Of a stretch of 64,000 bases of DNA, positions 37,778 through 51,609 are shown in pieces; position 1 is the stretch's first letter, and every line of letters starts with the position of its first letter. Position numbers and translations under genes: made by a program. Source of the stretch: Octopus sinensis. Its lineage: Eukaryota. The notes under the pieces are model-generated. The model had not been told where the DNA came from, made no database searches, and worked only from the letters and a program-made list of their open reading frames with translations. The stretch spans positions 18,414,001-18,478,000 of the forward strand of contig NC_043002.1 in the NCBI RefSeq assembly GCF_006345805.1, given 5' to 3'.

Positions 37778-38140
37778 TGGAAGCACTCCGTCGGTTACGA
37801 CGATGAGGGTTCCGGTTGATCCGAATCAACGGAACAGCCTGCTCGTGAAATTAACGTGTAAGTGGCTGAGCACTCCACAGACACGTGTACCCTTAACGTA
37901 GTTCTCGGGGATATTCAGCGTGACACAGAGAGTGACAAGGCCGGCCCCTTGAAATACAGGTACAACAGAAACAGGAAGTAAGAGTGAGAGAAAGTTGTGG
38001 TGAAAGAGTACAGCAGGGATCACCACCATCCCCTGCCGGAGCCTCGTGGAGCTTTAGGTGTCTTCGCTCAATAAACACTCACAACGCCCGGTCTGGGAAT
38101 CGAAACCACGATCCTATGACCGCGAGTCCGCTGCCCTAAC
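37778..38140 (-). mobile_element. Young SINE family C, 13-bp TSD
   Basis: tacctcttactat on both flanks. Confidence 0.9.
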
Positions 38141-38481
38141 TACCTCTTACTATAACACCAGGATGACCTTATGAAAGAATTCGAAAGGAAGAACCTGTGT
38201 TATGTGTGACTGTGCGTGTCTGTGTGTGTGTCTGTGTGTTCGTGTGGGTGTGTGTGTTTGTAGTATATAAATATCTATGCATAATATTACTTTCAAATAT
38301 CGGCACAAGGCCAGTAATTTTTAAAGGAGGGAAAAGTCAATTACGTCGGCCCCAATACGCAACTAATACTTATTTTATCGATTCGAAAGGATCAAAGGGA
38401 TTGGAACTCAGAACATAAAAATGGACGAAATGCCGCTAAGCATCTGGCCCGACTACTAACGATTCTGCCAGCTTGCCGCCT

Positions 38482-38534
<53 letters not shown>

Positions 38535-38589
38535 TATATATATATATATATTATATATATATATATATCCTACACTATCTCTGACACTT

Positions 38590-39203
38590 CTGTCTCCTTT
38601 CTTGACATTTCGATCGTCAGCATTCATCACACCACTCTCACCACCTCCATCCACTACAAACACACAGACTGACACTCATACCTCAACTTCTCCTCTTCCC
38701 ACCCTAAACACACCAAGCTTTTCATCCACTATTCCCAATTCCTCTGTCTACGCAGGCTCTGTAGTGACAACCATGACTTTGAGACTCAGTCTCAACTCAT
38801 GGCTCGCCAATTCATCCACACCACCTTTGCCAGAGCACGTTCCGTGGACTATGCATCTACTCTCTCCCCCCGAACCTGCCCCGCCGAATTCCGCCTTCCG
38901 TTTCTCCTCACCTACCACCACACCATTCTCCGAGCCTTCCGGCGGCTCCAGTCCGACCCCTTCACTTCGCACATCTTCCCTAACCGACCCCTCCCCTCCT
39001 TCAAACGAGTCCATAGCCTACGAGACCTCTTCGTCCATAGCTTCTTACCCAACCCAACCTCCCAACCCGGCTCCTTCCCCTACTCTGTCGCACTTGCCCT
39101 TACCTCTCCAACACCACCCTCCTCACCGGCACCCATCATCGACCCTAACATATCACCGACTCCTTCACCTGCACTTCTACCAGTGTCACCTACTGCATCT
39201 CCT

Positions 39204-39263
<60 letters not shown>

Positions 39264-39843
39264 CTTATCTATACAGCGGGCAAACGGCACACCGCTTGGC
39301 TGACCGGTTCGCCGAACACTTCCGAGACATTCGACTCGGCAATGACACCCCGATCTCGCGCCATTTCCGCTCTACCGGTCACTCTTTGCAACACCTGTCC
39401 GTATTCGGATTGTCCTTGCACAGGGGCCATCCGGACTCCCGTTTGCGCCATGAACAGGGATTAATCTTCTTTCTTCGCTCTTTTGTGCCACATGGGCTCA
39501 ACTCTCCTCCCCTCGCTTCTCTCCTCATCACACCTACTTCCTCCTACCAATCTCTCCTCTCTTGCACCGACTCCTACTACTTCTCTTAACTCCTATTCTC
39601 CTTTTCTCTTCTGTTCACTCCTACCCACCTTCCCTTTCCACCTTCTCTTTCCACCTTCATCGTCACCCCTCCCTTAAAACCCCATCCCACCCCTACACAT
39701 TCCAACCCCACCTTCCCTATAATTGACATGACTCCCATCACTATCACACATTGATAGAAACAGATAAACATGAAACTCATAGATCCAACTTCTCTGATCT
39801 TTTTTAAGTTCCCATTATTCCTTTTTCTCTATACTGATGAGTA

Positions 39844-39845
<2 letters not shown>
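38590..39845 (+). mobile_element. 5'-truncated Penelope-like element (RT thumb plus GIY-YIG endonuclease)
   Basis: VSFLDISI, TSIHYKHTD*HSYLNFSSSHPKH...YSQFLCLRRLCS, then ADRFAEHFRDI...PISRHF...EQGLIFFLRSFVPHGLN; a (CT)n tract interrupts the endonuclease. Confidence 0.9.
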
Positions 39846-39874
<29 letters not shown>

Positions 39875-39918
39875 AAGAAAAGTGTTGAAAATGCAATTTA
39901 AGAAAATTTACCAAATTA

Positions 39919-40113
39919 TTTTACTCGTTTCAGTCGTTTGACTGCGGCCATGCTGGAGCACTGCCTTTAGTCGAGCAAATCGACCCCAGTACTTATTCTT
40001 TGTAAGCCTAGGACTTATTCTATCGGTCTCTTTTGCCGAACCGCTAAGTTACGGGGACATAAACACACCAGCATCTGTTGTCAAGTGATGTTGGGGGCAC
40101 AAAAACAGACGCA

Positions 40114-40211
<98 letters not shown>

Positions 40212-40375
40212 CGACAAGCTTCTTTCAGTTTCCGTCTACCAAATCCACACACAAGGCTTTGGTCGGCCCGAGGCTATAGTAGAAGACACTTGCCCAAGGT
40301 TCCACGCAGTAGGACTGAACCCAGATCCATGTTGTTGGTAAGCAAGCTACTTACTACACAGACACTCTTGCGCCT
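39919..40375 (-). mobile_element. SINE family A
   Basis: Consensus match with a ~115-bp internal microsatellite. Confidence 0.9.
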
Positions 40376-40389
40376 ATACAGCCACTCTT

Positions 40390-41270
40390 ACAAATACTTC
40401 TCAGGTTTCGCAAACTTTTTGTAATTTTCCAAAGTAATGGAACTTTGAGTATTTCGTCACATATATTTTGTGTGATAGTTTTTCTCTTTAAGAATTCTAA
40501 ATAATGCATTCTGTTTTCAAATTTTTACTGACGTTACAGTGGATTAAATTTATAGGATGTGTTTTCTTTTAGGTAAATGCAAGTACCACAGTTTGTTGCG
40601 ATCGCACTTTTTGATTATTGGAATTTTTATTATTTTAATTTTGATTATTGAAATTTTAAAAGACAATTCGGCACTGATCAGTAATATCTTAAGGGAGTTT
40701 GGCTGTCTTTGGTCTTAAATCGTTGAATGTTTAGAGTGCATTTCTCATCCTTGGTTCTTGCTTCAATAAGGATACGTTTTGATAGATATTCATGTGTCTG
40801 TGTTCCTTGGATTGTATGTTGATATGTCAAAAACAGATCAAAGGTCCTTCCTGAACCGTTCTCTAATAAGGCCAGTTTCTCTGATTCTGTGACATGTATA
40901 TATTCCCCCTACCCCTGGACTGGTAACGCCGGTCTGTCACGGGGTTACTCATTTTAACCTCTTGAGTGGACTGGAGCAACGTGAAATGAAGTGTTTTACT
41001 CAAGAACACAACGCGTCACCCGGTCTAGGAATCGAAACCACAATCTTATGACCACGGGTGCAATAATTACATGTCTCTATGTGTTGTTATGTAATGTACA
41101 GTATTGGATATATTGGAATTGTCCTCTGTTCGTAGCTCTTGAATGTCTATTGCTTTAGCACTTTCTATCTCATTATCAATTAACCTTGCTGGGTAAAGTC
41201 TGTTAAGAATTATTTGTTCTAATTCTTGGAGTCTATTCTTCTTTTTCAAATTCAAATTCAAAAGAAATGA
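40390..41270 (-). mobile_element. Decayed Penelope-like element of a second family, interrupted by SINE D (40890-41062)
   Basis: RLQELEQIILNRLYPARLIDNEIESAKAI...YITTH, then RQPNSLKILL and KKCDR linker motifs. Confidence 0.65.
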
Positions 41271-41527
41271 ACGTGTGTTAAATTAAGCAGTATATTTGTT
41301 TTGGTATGAAATGTATAGAGGGCATTGTTTTATAGCGAGTATTCTTTATTTCTTTTTTCCTTATATATTAAAAATATTATGTGCTTGTATGTATATATGT
41401 ATGTATTATATCGTGATGCATTGCACAGCTCATACATCACATATATCTGACAGCATTAATAAAATATTATCATTTTTTTCCTTCTTTCTTCAAATTTTCT
41501 TCCGTTTCTCGCCGAGTGTTTATTAAA

Positions 41528-41740
41528 GGTGGCGGGCTGGCAGAAACGTTAACACGCCGGGCGAAATGCGTAGCCGTATTTCGTCTGGCGTTAGGTTCTG
41601 AGTTCAAATTCCTCCGAGGTCGACTTAGCCTTTCATCCTTTCGGGGTCGATAAATTAAGTACTAGCTACGCACTGGGGTCGATATAATCGACTTAATCCC
41701 TTTGTCCGTCCTTGTTTAGCCCCTTGTGGGCAGTAAAGAA

Positions 41741-41773
<33 letters not shown>

Positions 41774-41774
41774 G
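41528..41774 (+). mobile_element. SINE family B monomer with (ATT)n tail
   Basis: Head ggcgggctggcagaaacg...; tail gtaaagaaattattatt. Confidence 0.85.
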
Positions 41775-42900
41775 AGTGAGAGAGCAGTGCATGCCATCAA
41801 AGTGACACTGGGTTAAAATATACGAAGCCCAGTATACCCATCATGACTACCCGTCTGATTAGGGCACACGAGGCACATGCATCACAACCATATGTGTGCG
41901 ACATGGTGATCTCATATCAACATAAACAGCGCATGACCTTGCAGGTGGGGGTTCAGTTAGAATTTTCTTCTGGTCGATTAGCCCATCCCGCTCAAAAGGT
42001 CCCTGAATAAGGATTGTTTAAAGATGTTGAACGAAACACTTATGTTTCAAAAGGGGAATTATCCAAACCTCTAAGAATTCCTTTCAACACACGTTTATGA
42101 TGCTCTCCCACTACTTCTGCTTGTGATCAGAGATGCACATATCGTCAGCCACTGAGGGACATGCTCAGTTGGTTAAGGTCAAACGACTGACAAGCAAATC
42201 TGTGGTATTAAGCAGAATATTTGCTGTAGCTCATCTTTTACACTAAGACAAATGAACCACCCATGTTTCCAAAGGTGAATTATCCAAACCTCTGAGAATT
42301 CCTTTCAATACAAGGCTATGATGCTCCCCAACGACTTCTGCTCGTGATCAGAGAAGTACATATCATCTTTTCACCTCAGTATTCTTCATAAACCGAAGGT
42401 GTACATTTTCCATATAACTTTGCTTTCTCTTTTCAATTACTTCATCTTTTGTTCGCCATTCCATTCGTATGTTTGCATTGCTTACTGCTGCTAGAAATTC
42501 TTCAGTTCTTTTGTTAACATACTGATTGAGACTTTTCATTTCCCTGTTCACACGATCCTCCACACTGATCGGTCACCTTTCCTACATTTCTACGTGTCAT
42601 GTGCAGCCTGTCCGCATCTGCCCTTTTATACAAAGCCTTGTACTTTGTCATTATTTCCCATTATTACTCTTTTTTTTTAATCACAGGTTTTGTTGGGGCA
42701 CCTGGAGTCTTGCACGCGTAGCGGGCTTGCTACCTGCTGCCTACGGTACCATGTTATCCTTCCTTTTCATCTAGCTAACACTTTCCTGATTATTCTCGCC
42801 ATGCTAAGGAAGCAAAACTTTTGTAACAGTACTACTGGGCACTCTATTCCAATTTCCTTGATATTCTTCTTGATGCCTTCTGATACCGTTTTCCATTATC
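41775..42900 (-). mobile_element. R4/Dong-like RT relic (42370-42900) joined to a non-coding segment ending at (AAT)n
   Basis: ADRLHMTRRNVG and EDRVNREMKSLNQYV resemble R4 RLYxPRKEGGRGL..EDCV; a ~105-bp internal direct repeat lies at 42040-42145 and 42260-42365. Confidence 0.55.
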
Positions 42901-43109
42901 ATCATCACTACTACTACTACTACTACTATTTGAAGTCACTACTACTGCTACTATTTCGAGAATACTTCAATTCCAAAAGACGACGATGGACTTTCGCCAA
43001 GTTTTATTGACACCCACTTTTTTTGGCAGCGATTCCAAGTAAAAATTGGACTGGAATTTCACTGGACATATGAGACATCATTTAATGTAGTCTCCAAATT
43101 CTTCTCCTC

Positions 43110-43615
43110 TTTCTTTATTATCATCATCATCGTCGTCGTCATCGTCATCATCATCAGCAGCAGCAGCTGCATCGGCATCAGCATCATCATCATTATCATC
43201 GTCATCATGATCATCGTCATCTTCCTCTTCATCATCGTTGTGGTTATCACCGCTGACGTCATCGTATTCGTCGTTGTTGTCGTAAGTATCATCATCATCA
43301 TTGCATCACTACGGTCATCGTAGTTGTCGTCGTTGGCGTCTTCATCGTCATCATCAATCATTATCACCACCAACGCCAATACCAAAATCATTATCATCTC
43401 TTTCATCCTCAACCACAACTTAATGATAATAATTTTAAAAAATGATGATGATGATGATGATGGTGGTGGTGTAGGTGGTGGTGGTGGTGGTGGTGGTGGT
43501 GGTGGTGGTGGTGGTGGTGGTAGTGATGATGATGATGGTGGTGGTGGTGGTGGTGGTGGTGGTGATGATGATTGTAGTGGTGGTGGTAGTGATGATGATG
43601 ATGATGATGATGATC
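43110..43615. repeat. CAT/GAT/GGT trinucleotide low-complexity tracts
   Basis: Explains the poly-M, poly-D, poly-G and poly-V ORFs. Confidence 0.95.
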
Positions 43616-44224
43616 AATAACTATTACGTTTTATTGATATTGTTGTTCGTCTTTTTATTCTTGTTATATGTTGTTTTTTTCATCGCTACTCATATATTTT
43701 TTTTTTTTTTTTTATTCTGTTAATATTTTCCTCGTTTCAGTCTTGGACAGCAGCCATAGAAGGGCACAAAATTCTAGATTACACTTTATTACAAAATTTC
43801 CCCAGTGCATATTCTGTCGCTTGATACATATTTTATTCCCTGGGGGAATGCATGGAAAATCGAACGCTGGCACAATTTGAAGATGTTCGTTCTTTTAGTT
43901 TTTAAAAAATAAAAAAGAAAGAAATCCTAGTTCTTTAGAATATTATTATCTTTTTTATTAATCCAAATGAAGGAAAGATTTTCATTCATTTTGACTCATT
44001 AAAAAGCATCACTAAATTATATCGAGCCGAATGGAAAGATACCTGAACATGTTGACATACAAGAAGAAACGATACTCAAATGTTTTGAGTATTGTTTTTT
44101 ACTTTTACAAGATGTTAGACAGTGACTTCGAAGTGTTGTGCCAGTTGCTTTCATCACTCGAACGAAGGCACCTAAGCCGAAACTTTTTCGCCACTATCAG
44201 CCTTTTACGTGTAAAACTTATATA

Positions 44225-45529
44225 TTGGGTTGACAGCTAAGTTCCCGCCGTTTTTTTTAATTTTGTAATTTATTGTGTTTTTAAATTTTGGAATCTATTT
44301 TTTTTTTTTCGAGAATTTTATTTTTGAATAATTTTGGAATCTTGTTTGTTTGTTTTGTTTTGTTTTTCTAGTTAATTTTAGTTAATTTTTGTTTATTTTC
44401 AGATCATTAAAATGGAATGTCAAGTTAAGAAAAACGAGCATTTTGGAAACCTCCTTCTTTTTGCTTTTAATCAAGGTTCTAAGGCTGCAAAAGCTGCTCG
44501 CGACATTTGTGCTGTGTATGGAGAGGGTGCCATAGCTGAAAGAACCGCTCATGATTGGTATGCCAAGGTAATTTTAACCCCAAAGACGCACCTCGTTCTG
44601 GCCGTCTAGTTGAGTTCGATGAAGAACGATTAAACCAACTTTTGCACGAAAATTCTCATCAAACGACGAGGGAAATGGCAGAGAAAATGGAATGCTCCCA
44701 CACTGCTATAGAGAAGCATCTTCCCTCGATGGGAAAAGTTCAGAAGTATGGAACATGGGTTCCGCATGCTTTAAGTGACAACAATAAAAATCAACCAGCC
44801 ACAATCTCCGCTGGTTTGCTTGCTCGTCACCGCTCAACTCATGGACACAAGCAACGATTTCTTTACCGAATCGTTACTGGCGACGAAATATGGTGCCTGT
44901 ACATCAATATGAAGCAGCGTAAGGAATGGCTTAACCAGGTAAATAAGCGACACCGTGCGTGAAACAAGATCATCATCCGCATAAAACGATGTCGTGCGTA
45001 TGGTGGGACTGGGAAGGGATTATCCATTACGAATTGCTTGAAGGGAATCAAACGGTCAACGTGGAACTCTATGTTCGACAGATGGAACGATGGAACGACT
45101 TAACATGGCTATTCAAGAGAAAAGACCTAATCGGCAGCATGGAGTTCTTTTGCTGCACGACAACACCCGCCCTCATATCGCCAATATGACCAAGGAAGCC
45201 ATTCAAACACATGGCTGGGAAGTGCTGCCACACCCGCCGTACTCTCCTGATTTGGCACCAACGGATTTCCACCTCTTTCGATCTCTTTCAAATGCTATGC
45301 GCGGAGTTTCGTTCAATACTGATGCAAAATTGAGAGCTTCGTTGGATCAACTTTTCCAGTCGAAATCGGGTGATTCCTACCAACGAGGTATTGAAAATCT
45401 TGTTGAACATTGGGAAGAAGTTGTAAACAACAAGGGTGAATACACTATTCATTAATTAGTTATTATTTTTGTTAAACCTTAAAAAAATTTTAATTTTTAA
45501 AAACGGTGGGAACATAGTTGCCAACCTAA
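44225..45529 (+). mobile_element. Full-length mariner transposon (1305 bp), frameshifted transposase
   Basis: ~30-bp TIRs ttgggttgacagctaagttcccgccgttttt and aaaaacggtgggaacatagttgccaacctaa; WVPHAL, VTGDE, LLLHDN and HPPYSPDLAPTDFHLF (D,D34D). Confidence 0.95.
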
Positions 45530-45849
45530 TGTGTGTTGTGTGTGTGCATATAAATATATATATATAAATATGTGTGTGTGTACGTGCGTGCCTGTGTGTA
45601 TGTCTCTGTGTGTGTTTTCATGGGTGTATATATCTGGGTATGTGTGCGTAAGCGTATGTTTACGTGTATATACATATATATGCTTGCTTGTATGTGTATG
45701 TCTTCTTGTGGGTATTGTCTGTTAATATGTTTGTGAAGAAGTCAAATGTGTGTGAGATCTTTGAGAAACCGTAGTGTTTATTTGAAATTCCTGTAAAATC
45801 CTAGACGAAGTCATAAAGTCATCTGATGCAACAACAATGACAATTTATG

Positions 45850-47360
45850 CAATGATGCATATGTTACCACTTCAATGAAGAATGTTTTCGCAGAATGAAA
45901 ATCGACTGCGGAACACATCATACAAGCAATCGACCGGGTGGGAGCATCGCTAATAAATTATTGAGCAGAAATTGGCTGAAGATAAACAAAAGGATGTCGA
46001 CTAGAAAATAAAGAAGCAACTCCCAATCTACATAAGTATAATACATCCCCAGTAAGATGTGAATCAGTTATATTGTAAAAAGCAGAAGATTAATGGGTAT
46101 CAAAGAAGTAGCAGAACTAGAGAAGACAAGTTTGGGTTCATATTTAACAGAAAAAGAGGAAACACTTCTTAAAGAGGTAATAAGTGAACTAATATCAAAA
46201 GAATTAAAGAAAAAACAGGGAACTGTGAAAAGCAGGAAATAAAACCTAAGAGGAAAGAAGCTTCATTGATTGGTTTTCAAAGGCACAAAAGAAATAAAGG
46301 ATGACAAGGAAATCTGGCTACGGTTAGAGAAGATTTTTGAAGAAAGAGAACAAGGGAATCATTTTGGCAGCACGGAAATGGATCCTATGAGAAAATGGAA
46401 AATTGGATCAAAGGTACGACAGATTAGTAGGACCGATCACCCATATATAGAATATGTGAGGATTCAGATGGGACCATAGCTCGTATTGTATCGGAATTCC
46501 CACAGATAATTCAGAATGACTGCAAACATGTAGACATATGAGAAAATTGCAGCAATAGTTTATTACAAAATTTGCGAAGAATTTGGTTGTGAATGTGCAA
46601 ACCCTCAAAGACAATGAAATGGGTTTGTTGCAGGAATTTAGGCGCAGGAGTGGTTGTATGGTAAGTAGCCGTTAGGCGCAGGCGTGGTTGTGTGGTGAGT
46701 AGCTTGTTTACCAGCCACATGGTTCCTGGTTCAGTCCCACTGCGTAGCACCTTGGGCAAGTGTCTTCTACTATAGCGTCAGACCGACCAAAGCCTTGTGA
46801 GTAGATTTGGTAGGCGGAAACTGAAAGAAGCCCGTGGTATATACGTATATATTTACATATATATGTATGTGTGTGTATATGTTTGTGTGTCTGTGTTTGT
46901 GTCCCCCCCCCCGCCCAACATCGCTTAACAACCGATTCTGGTGTGTTTACGTACCCATAACTTAGCAGTTCGGCAAAAGAGACCGATAGAATAAGTACTG
47001 GGCTTACAAAGAATAAGTCTTGGGGTCGATTTGCTCGACTAAAGGCGGTACTTCAGCATGGCCGCAGTCAAATGACTGAAACAAGTAACAGACTAAAAGA
47101 GTATCTATATGGTGAAAGAATGGAACGGAACAAATCAGAAACTATAGAGAGTGATAAAAAGTTGTTTTATAATTGACGTGGCAATCTCATTTGATGGCAT
47201 AATTTAAGAGAATGAAAGATAAAGAAGTATGAAAACCTCAAGTATTGGAAATGAGAAGTTAGCAAAATCACGATATTACTGATTACTATTGGGGCTCTCG
47301 GAAAAATGACAAAATATGTAATAACAAAATTTGAAGATTTTGATTTTAATCTGAGAATAA
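45850..47360 (+). mobile_element. Decayed R4/Dong-like element split by SINE A (46640-47100)
   Basis: GIKEVAELEKTSLGSYL, KENKGIILAA, YRICEDSDGTIARIVSE, IDVAISFD...ITIGALG; (TAA)n at about 47565-47600. Confidence 0.7.
46640..47100 (+). mobile_element. SINE family A with duplicated head start
   Basis: aggcgcaggagtggttgt repeated at 46640 and 46674. Confidence 0.9.
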
Positions 47361-47566
47361 GTGAGGTGCAGACAAAAGTGTCCACTTGGTTCATCGAGAA
47401 TTATCATTAAAGTCCTTGATATAATGCGAAAACAGATATGTAGAGTAGAAAAATACTTTTCTACAAAAGATACAATATGCACCCCATTCTTGACAATAAG
47501 TTGTGATTCGATAGGAACCACAATGAATTTGGGTAAAACATAAAAAGCCTTTAAACAACAGATAAC

Positions 47567-47598
<32 letters not shown>

Positions 47599-47609
47599 GG
47601 TAAAAAGTA

Positions 47610-48055
47610 TGACTCACATCTTGAGTGCTTGTGACATGCTTGCGCAAAGAGAATACTAAGAGCGTCACGATAAATTGTTCTTACACGTCCACTGGTCTTT
47701 GCGCAAAGAATATGGATTTCCAACCACTAAGAAAGGATATCAGTACAAACTTCAGAAGGTCCTAGATAATCAAACTGTGGAACTCTAGTGGCGCTTTGCA
47801 ATCTAAACAGAGTTCTTGAACATACAAGGCCGGACATGTACGCTAAGCAGCTCATCTGTTGATTGATGTAGCTTGCCCAAGAGATTAATGAATCAGTGAT
47901 AAAGAAAGCAGGAAAATCGTTAAATGTGCAGACTTTAGAATAAATGTCGTGAGAATGGGGGATATGGAAGCAAAAGTGAGACCAGTTGCGACTGGAGCAC
48001 TTTGGTAAATGACGAAAAGCTTTCAGAAACACCTTGACGCAAATAGAATCTGTCC
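47610..48055 (+). mobile_element. R4/Dong-like RLE relic interrupted by RTE
   Basis: QKVLDNQTVEL*WRFAI, RPD, IDVACP, PVATGAL; (TAA)n appears after the RTE at about 48700. Confidence 0.6.
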
Positions 48056-48062
48056 GGCATTA

Positions 48063-48690
48063 CATCATCATCATCATCATCATTGTTCGACCGTGGTCAA
48101 GACAATGGAATTTACCATGCTACGCCAGACTTCACGGTCCATCATGGCATTACGGAGGTCCTGTTTCTGGATGCCTGTATCCCTGGAGATAACATCAGGG
48201 TAGGAGAGTGTGCGCCCTCTGGTATTGCGAGTAGATGGCTTCCAGAGGAGAAGAGTAGAAATTATCTCTTTTTCAGCTCTACAACAATGTCCAGCAAACT
48301 GGACTCTCTTACCTTTCACAAGAGATGACACAGGTGGTAATTTCCCGTATATTTGCATTTTGGTTGGATGGCGCTTCCACGAGAGATTTTGAGCTCTCAT
48401 AAGGAGGCGAATGTAGGTTCCATCCAACCGCCTCTCAAGCTTCTTTGATAACGTCCAGGTTTCTGAGCCATATAGTAGAATTGGTTCGACTGTGGCTTTG
48501 AAGATTTCAAGTTTGAAGTCTCTACTTAGATTTGATGACCAGATCTTATGCATGTCATTACAACACTGTAAAGGACAACACTTTTGGGAACAGAGAATAT
48601 CCTGCGGAAAGTTCTGTCTATCTGAGGTCGCACAACTTGGTAAGGAGTCAATTGAACAATCCAGTGTCAAGACGATCATCGGTGTGCAAA
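48063..48690 (-). mobile_element. 5'-truncated RTE-clade LINE with open C-terminal ORF and (ATG)n tail
   Basis: FKATVEPILLYGSETWTL...FAGHCCR...MMDREVWRSMV-stop, followed by tgatgatgatg. Confidence 0.92.
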
Positions 48691-48698
48691 TGAAAGGC

Positions 48699-48734
<36 letters not shown>

Positions 48735-48927
48735 TAATAATAATAATATTTTATTTCTTACAAGAGCAACGATATAGGAAACAATACAAAAACAACAAAG
48801 AAAAGTAAAATTACAGTGAATGAAAAATATATATAAGTACATGATTATAAACGCAAAATTACAATTCAAGAACGTGTGTGTGTGTGTGTGTGTGTGTGTA
48901 CACGTATACACATATATATTTATGTAA

Positions 48928-48988
<61 letters not shown>

Positions 48989-49019
48989 GAGCGTTGTAGT
49001 TCGCTTGAAGCATTGTAAT

Positions 49020-49255
49020 ATCGAAGAAAGTAAAAAGAGAGAAAATAATAGCTTCTTACAAACGCAAAAAGTTTTATATTTCAGGCGCAAAGGCTCGTCT
49101 TCAGAAGATTTGAATGGATTAATGGAACCTGTATAACTAGACATTTCCCAGACTATTTTTCTTCTGAAGATGGGCCTTTGAGCCTGAAATATAAAGGTTT
49201 TATAAAACTCTCCACGTTGTCAAAACCTTTCTATTTTCACTTTTTTACTTTCTAT
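49020..49255. repeat. Imperfect inverted repeat of two hammerhead-bearing pLTR-like halves between (TA)n tracts
   Basis: 49071-49108 mirrors 49160-49197; tattttc...ttttactttct recurs inverted at both outer ends. Confidence 0.7.
49160..49197 (+). ncRNA. Minimal type I hammerhead ribozyme motif
   Basis: UCUU-CUGAAGA-U-GGGC-cuuuga-GCCU-GAAA-UAU-A-AAGG; palindromic AUAU stem III (dimer type), AUA triplet. A more degenerate twin lies on the minus strand at 49071-49108. Confidence 0.6.
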
Positions 49256-49264
49256 ATATATATA

Positions 49265-50599
<1,335 letters not shown>

Positions 50600-50828
50600 G
50601 TGTGTGTGTGTGTGTGTATGTAAAATTGTGATTTCCTAGAAATGTGAGATAACCGTCCATGTGGCATAAATCAGAGGAGTATCGAAACCTCGATGCGCTC
50701 AATACAAAAATTTGAATATTTCTCCTTGAGAAATAATCTTAAGCGAATATTTTACGGAGGAAATACGTGAATTTTCAGGCATTTTTTTACCGTTTTTCTT
50801 TTTTTTTTTTTTTTTTTGTATTTTCGTC

Positions 50829-50834
50829 TTTAAT
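50829..50834 (-). promoter_or_regulatory. Candidate ATTAAA polyadenylation signal of the TRPC-like gene
   Basis: ATTAAA about 230 nt past the stop, followed 12 nt later by a genomic A-run (also an internal-priming risk). Confidence 0.25.
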
Positions 50835-51065
50835 GAGTTGCTGGCAGGAATATCACATAAAGAGAACAGGTTATACCAGGCTTAAATCGTGTTAACAACA
50901 CACAAGGTGATCACATAGTCCGAAAATTACACATGAGTTCATCTTTAAAAATATATAATATACGTATATATATTTATGCTTTGCATGAGTTAACATTTTA
51001 CTGGTTCCAGCCAGTGACTTGAACTCATACTGGAGCATGACAAATTTATCAGTATTATGGAAGTA

Positions 51066-51454
51066 TCAGAGACGAGAGTCAGCATCTTCACCGGATTCTT
51101 CAGGTTCTTCCATACCTTCTTGCCTCTTTTTTTCTTTCTCCTCTTCCATAAGCATATATCTAGCTTCTGCTTGAGAAATAGTTTCTTCCAAATCTTTCAT
51201 GGATTTTTCTATGGTTGTTTTCGTATCGTCGGCAAGAACTTGTATTTTCGACAGCATCTTTTCAGACAGCGTAATCTGTGTATTGACCAAAGTCAATTGT
51301 TGACTCTGTGTCTTCAGAATTTTGTCCTCTTCTGAATGAACATTTGTTACGCTCTGTTCCACAACGGAAACTTTTTCTTTAATCGTGTCGAGCTTCTTGT
51401 ATAGTTTCGATGCCAAGTTGTCAATCAGTCGCTTGATAACGTCATCAGACCCAC
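51066..51454 (-). CDS. TRPC: TRPC-like channel terminal exon, long coiled coil and acidic tail
   Basis: Acceptor cctatataaag|GT; phase 1 fits the previous exon (G+GT=Gly). Reads GSDDVIKRLIDNLASKLYKKLDTIKEKV...EESGEDADSRL-stop, open for 389 nt with TGA at 51066-51068. Confidence 0.85.
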
Positions 51455-51609
51455 CTTTATATAGGAAATAAAATAAATAATATTAGTAGTAGTAGTAGTG
51501 GTATTACTATTGTTATTATTTGTTATTTATATATTTTCGGTAGACAGATAGATAGATAGAGGGAGAGGGAGAGAGAGAGGGAGAGGGAGAAAGAGAAAGG
51601 AGAGGTGCA

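Noticed and set aside
38602-39303. 233-aa Ser/Pro/Thr-rich mucin-like ORF
   Set aside because: Alternative frame of the C-rich Penelope-like element.
44412-45455. SETMAR-like host gene
   Set aside because: No SET domain; lies within TIRs and is frameshifted, so a mariner relic.
50799-50834. Poly(A) tract suggesting the TRPC gene is a retrocopy
   Set aside because: The gene has canonical multi-kb introns.
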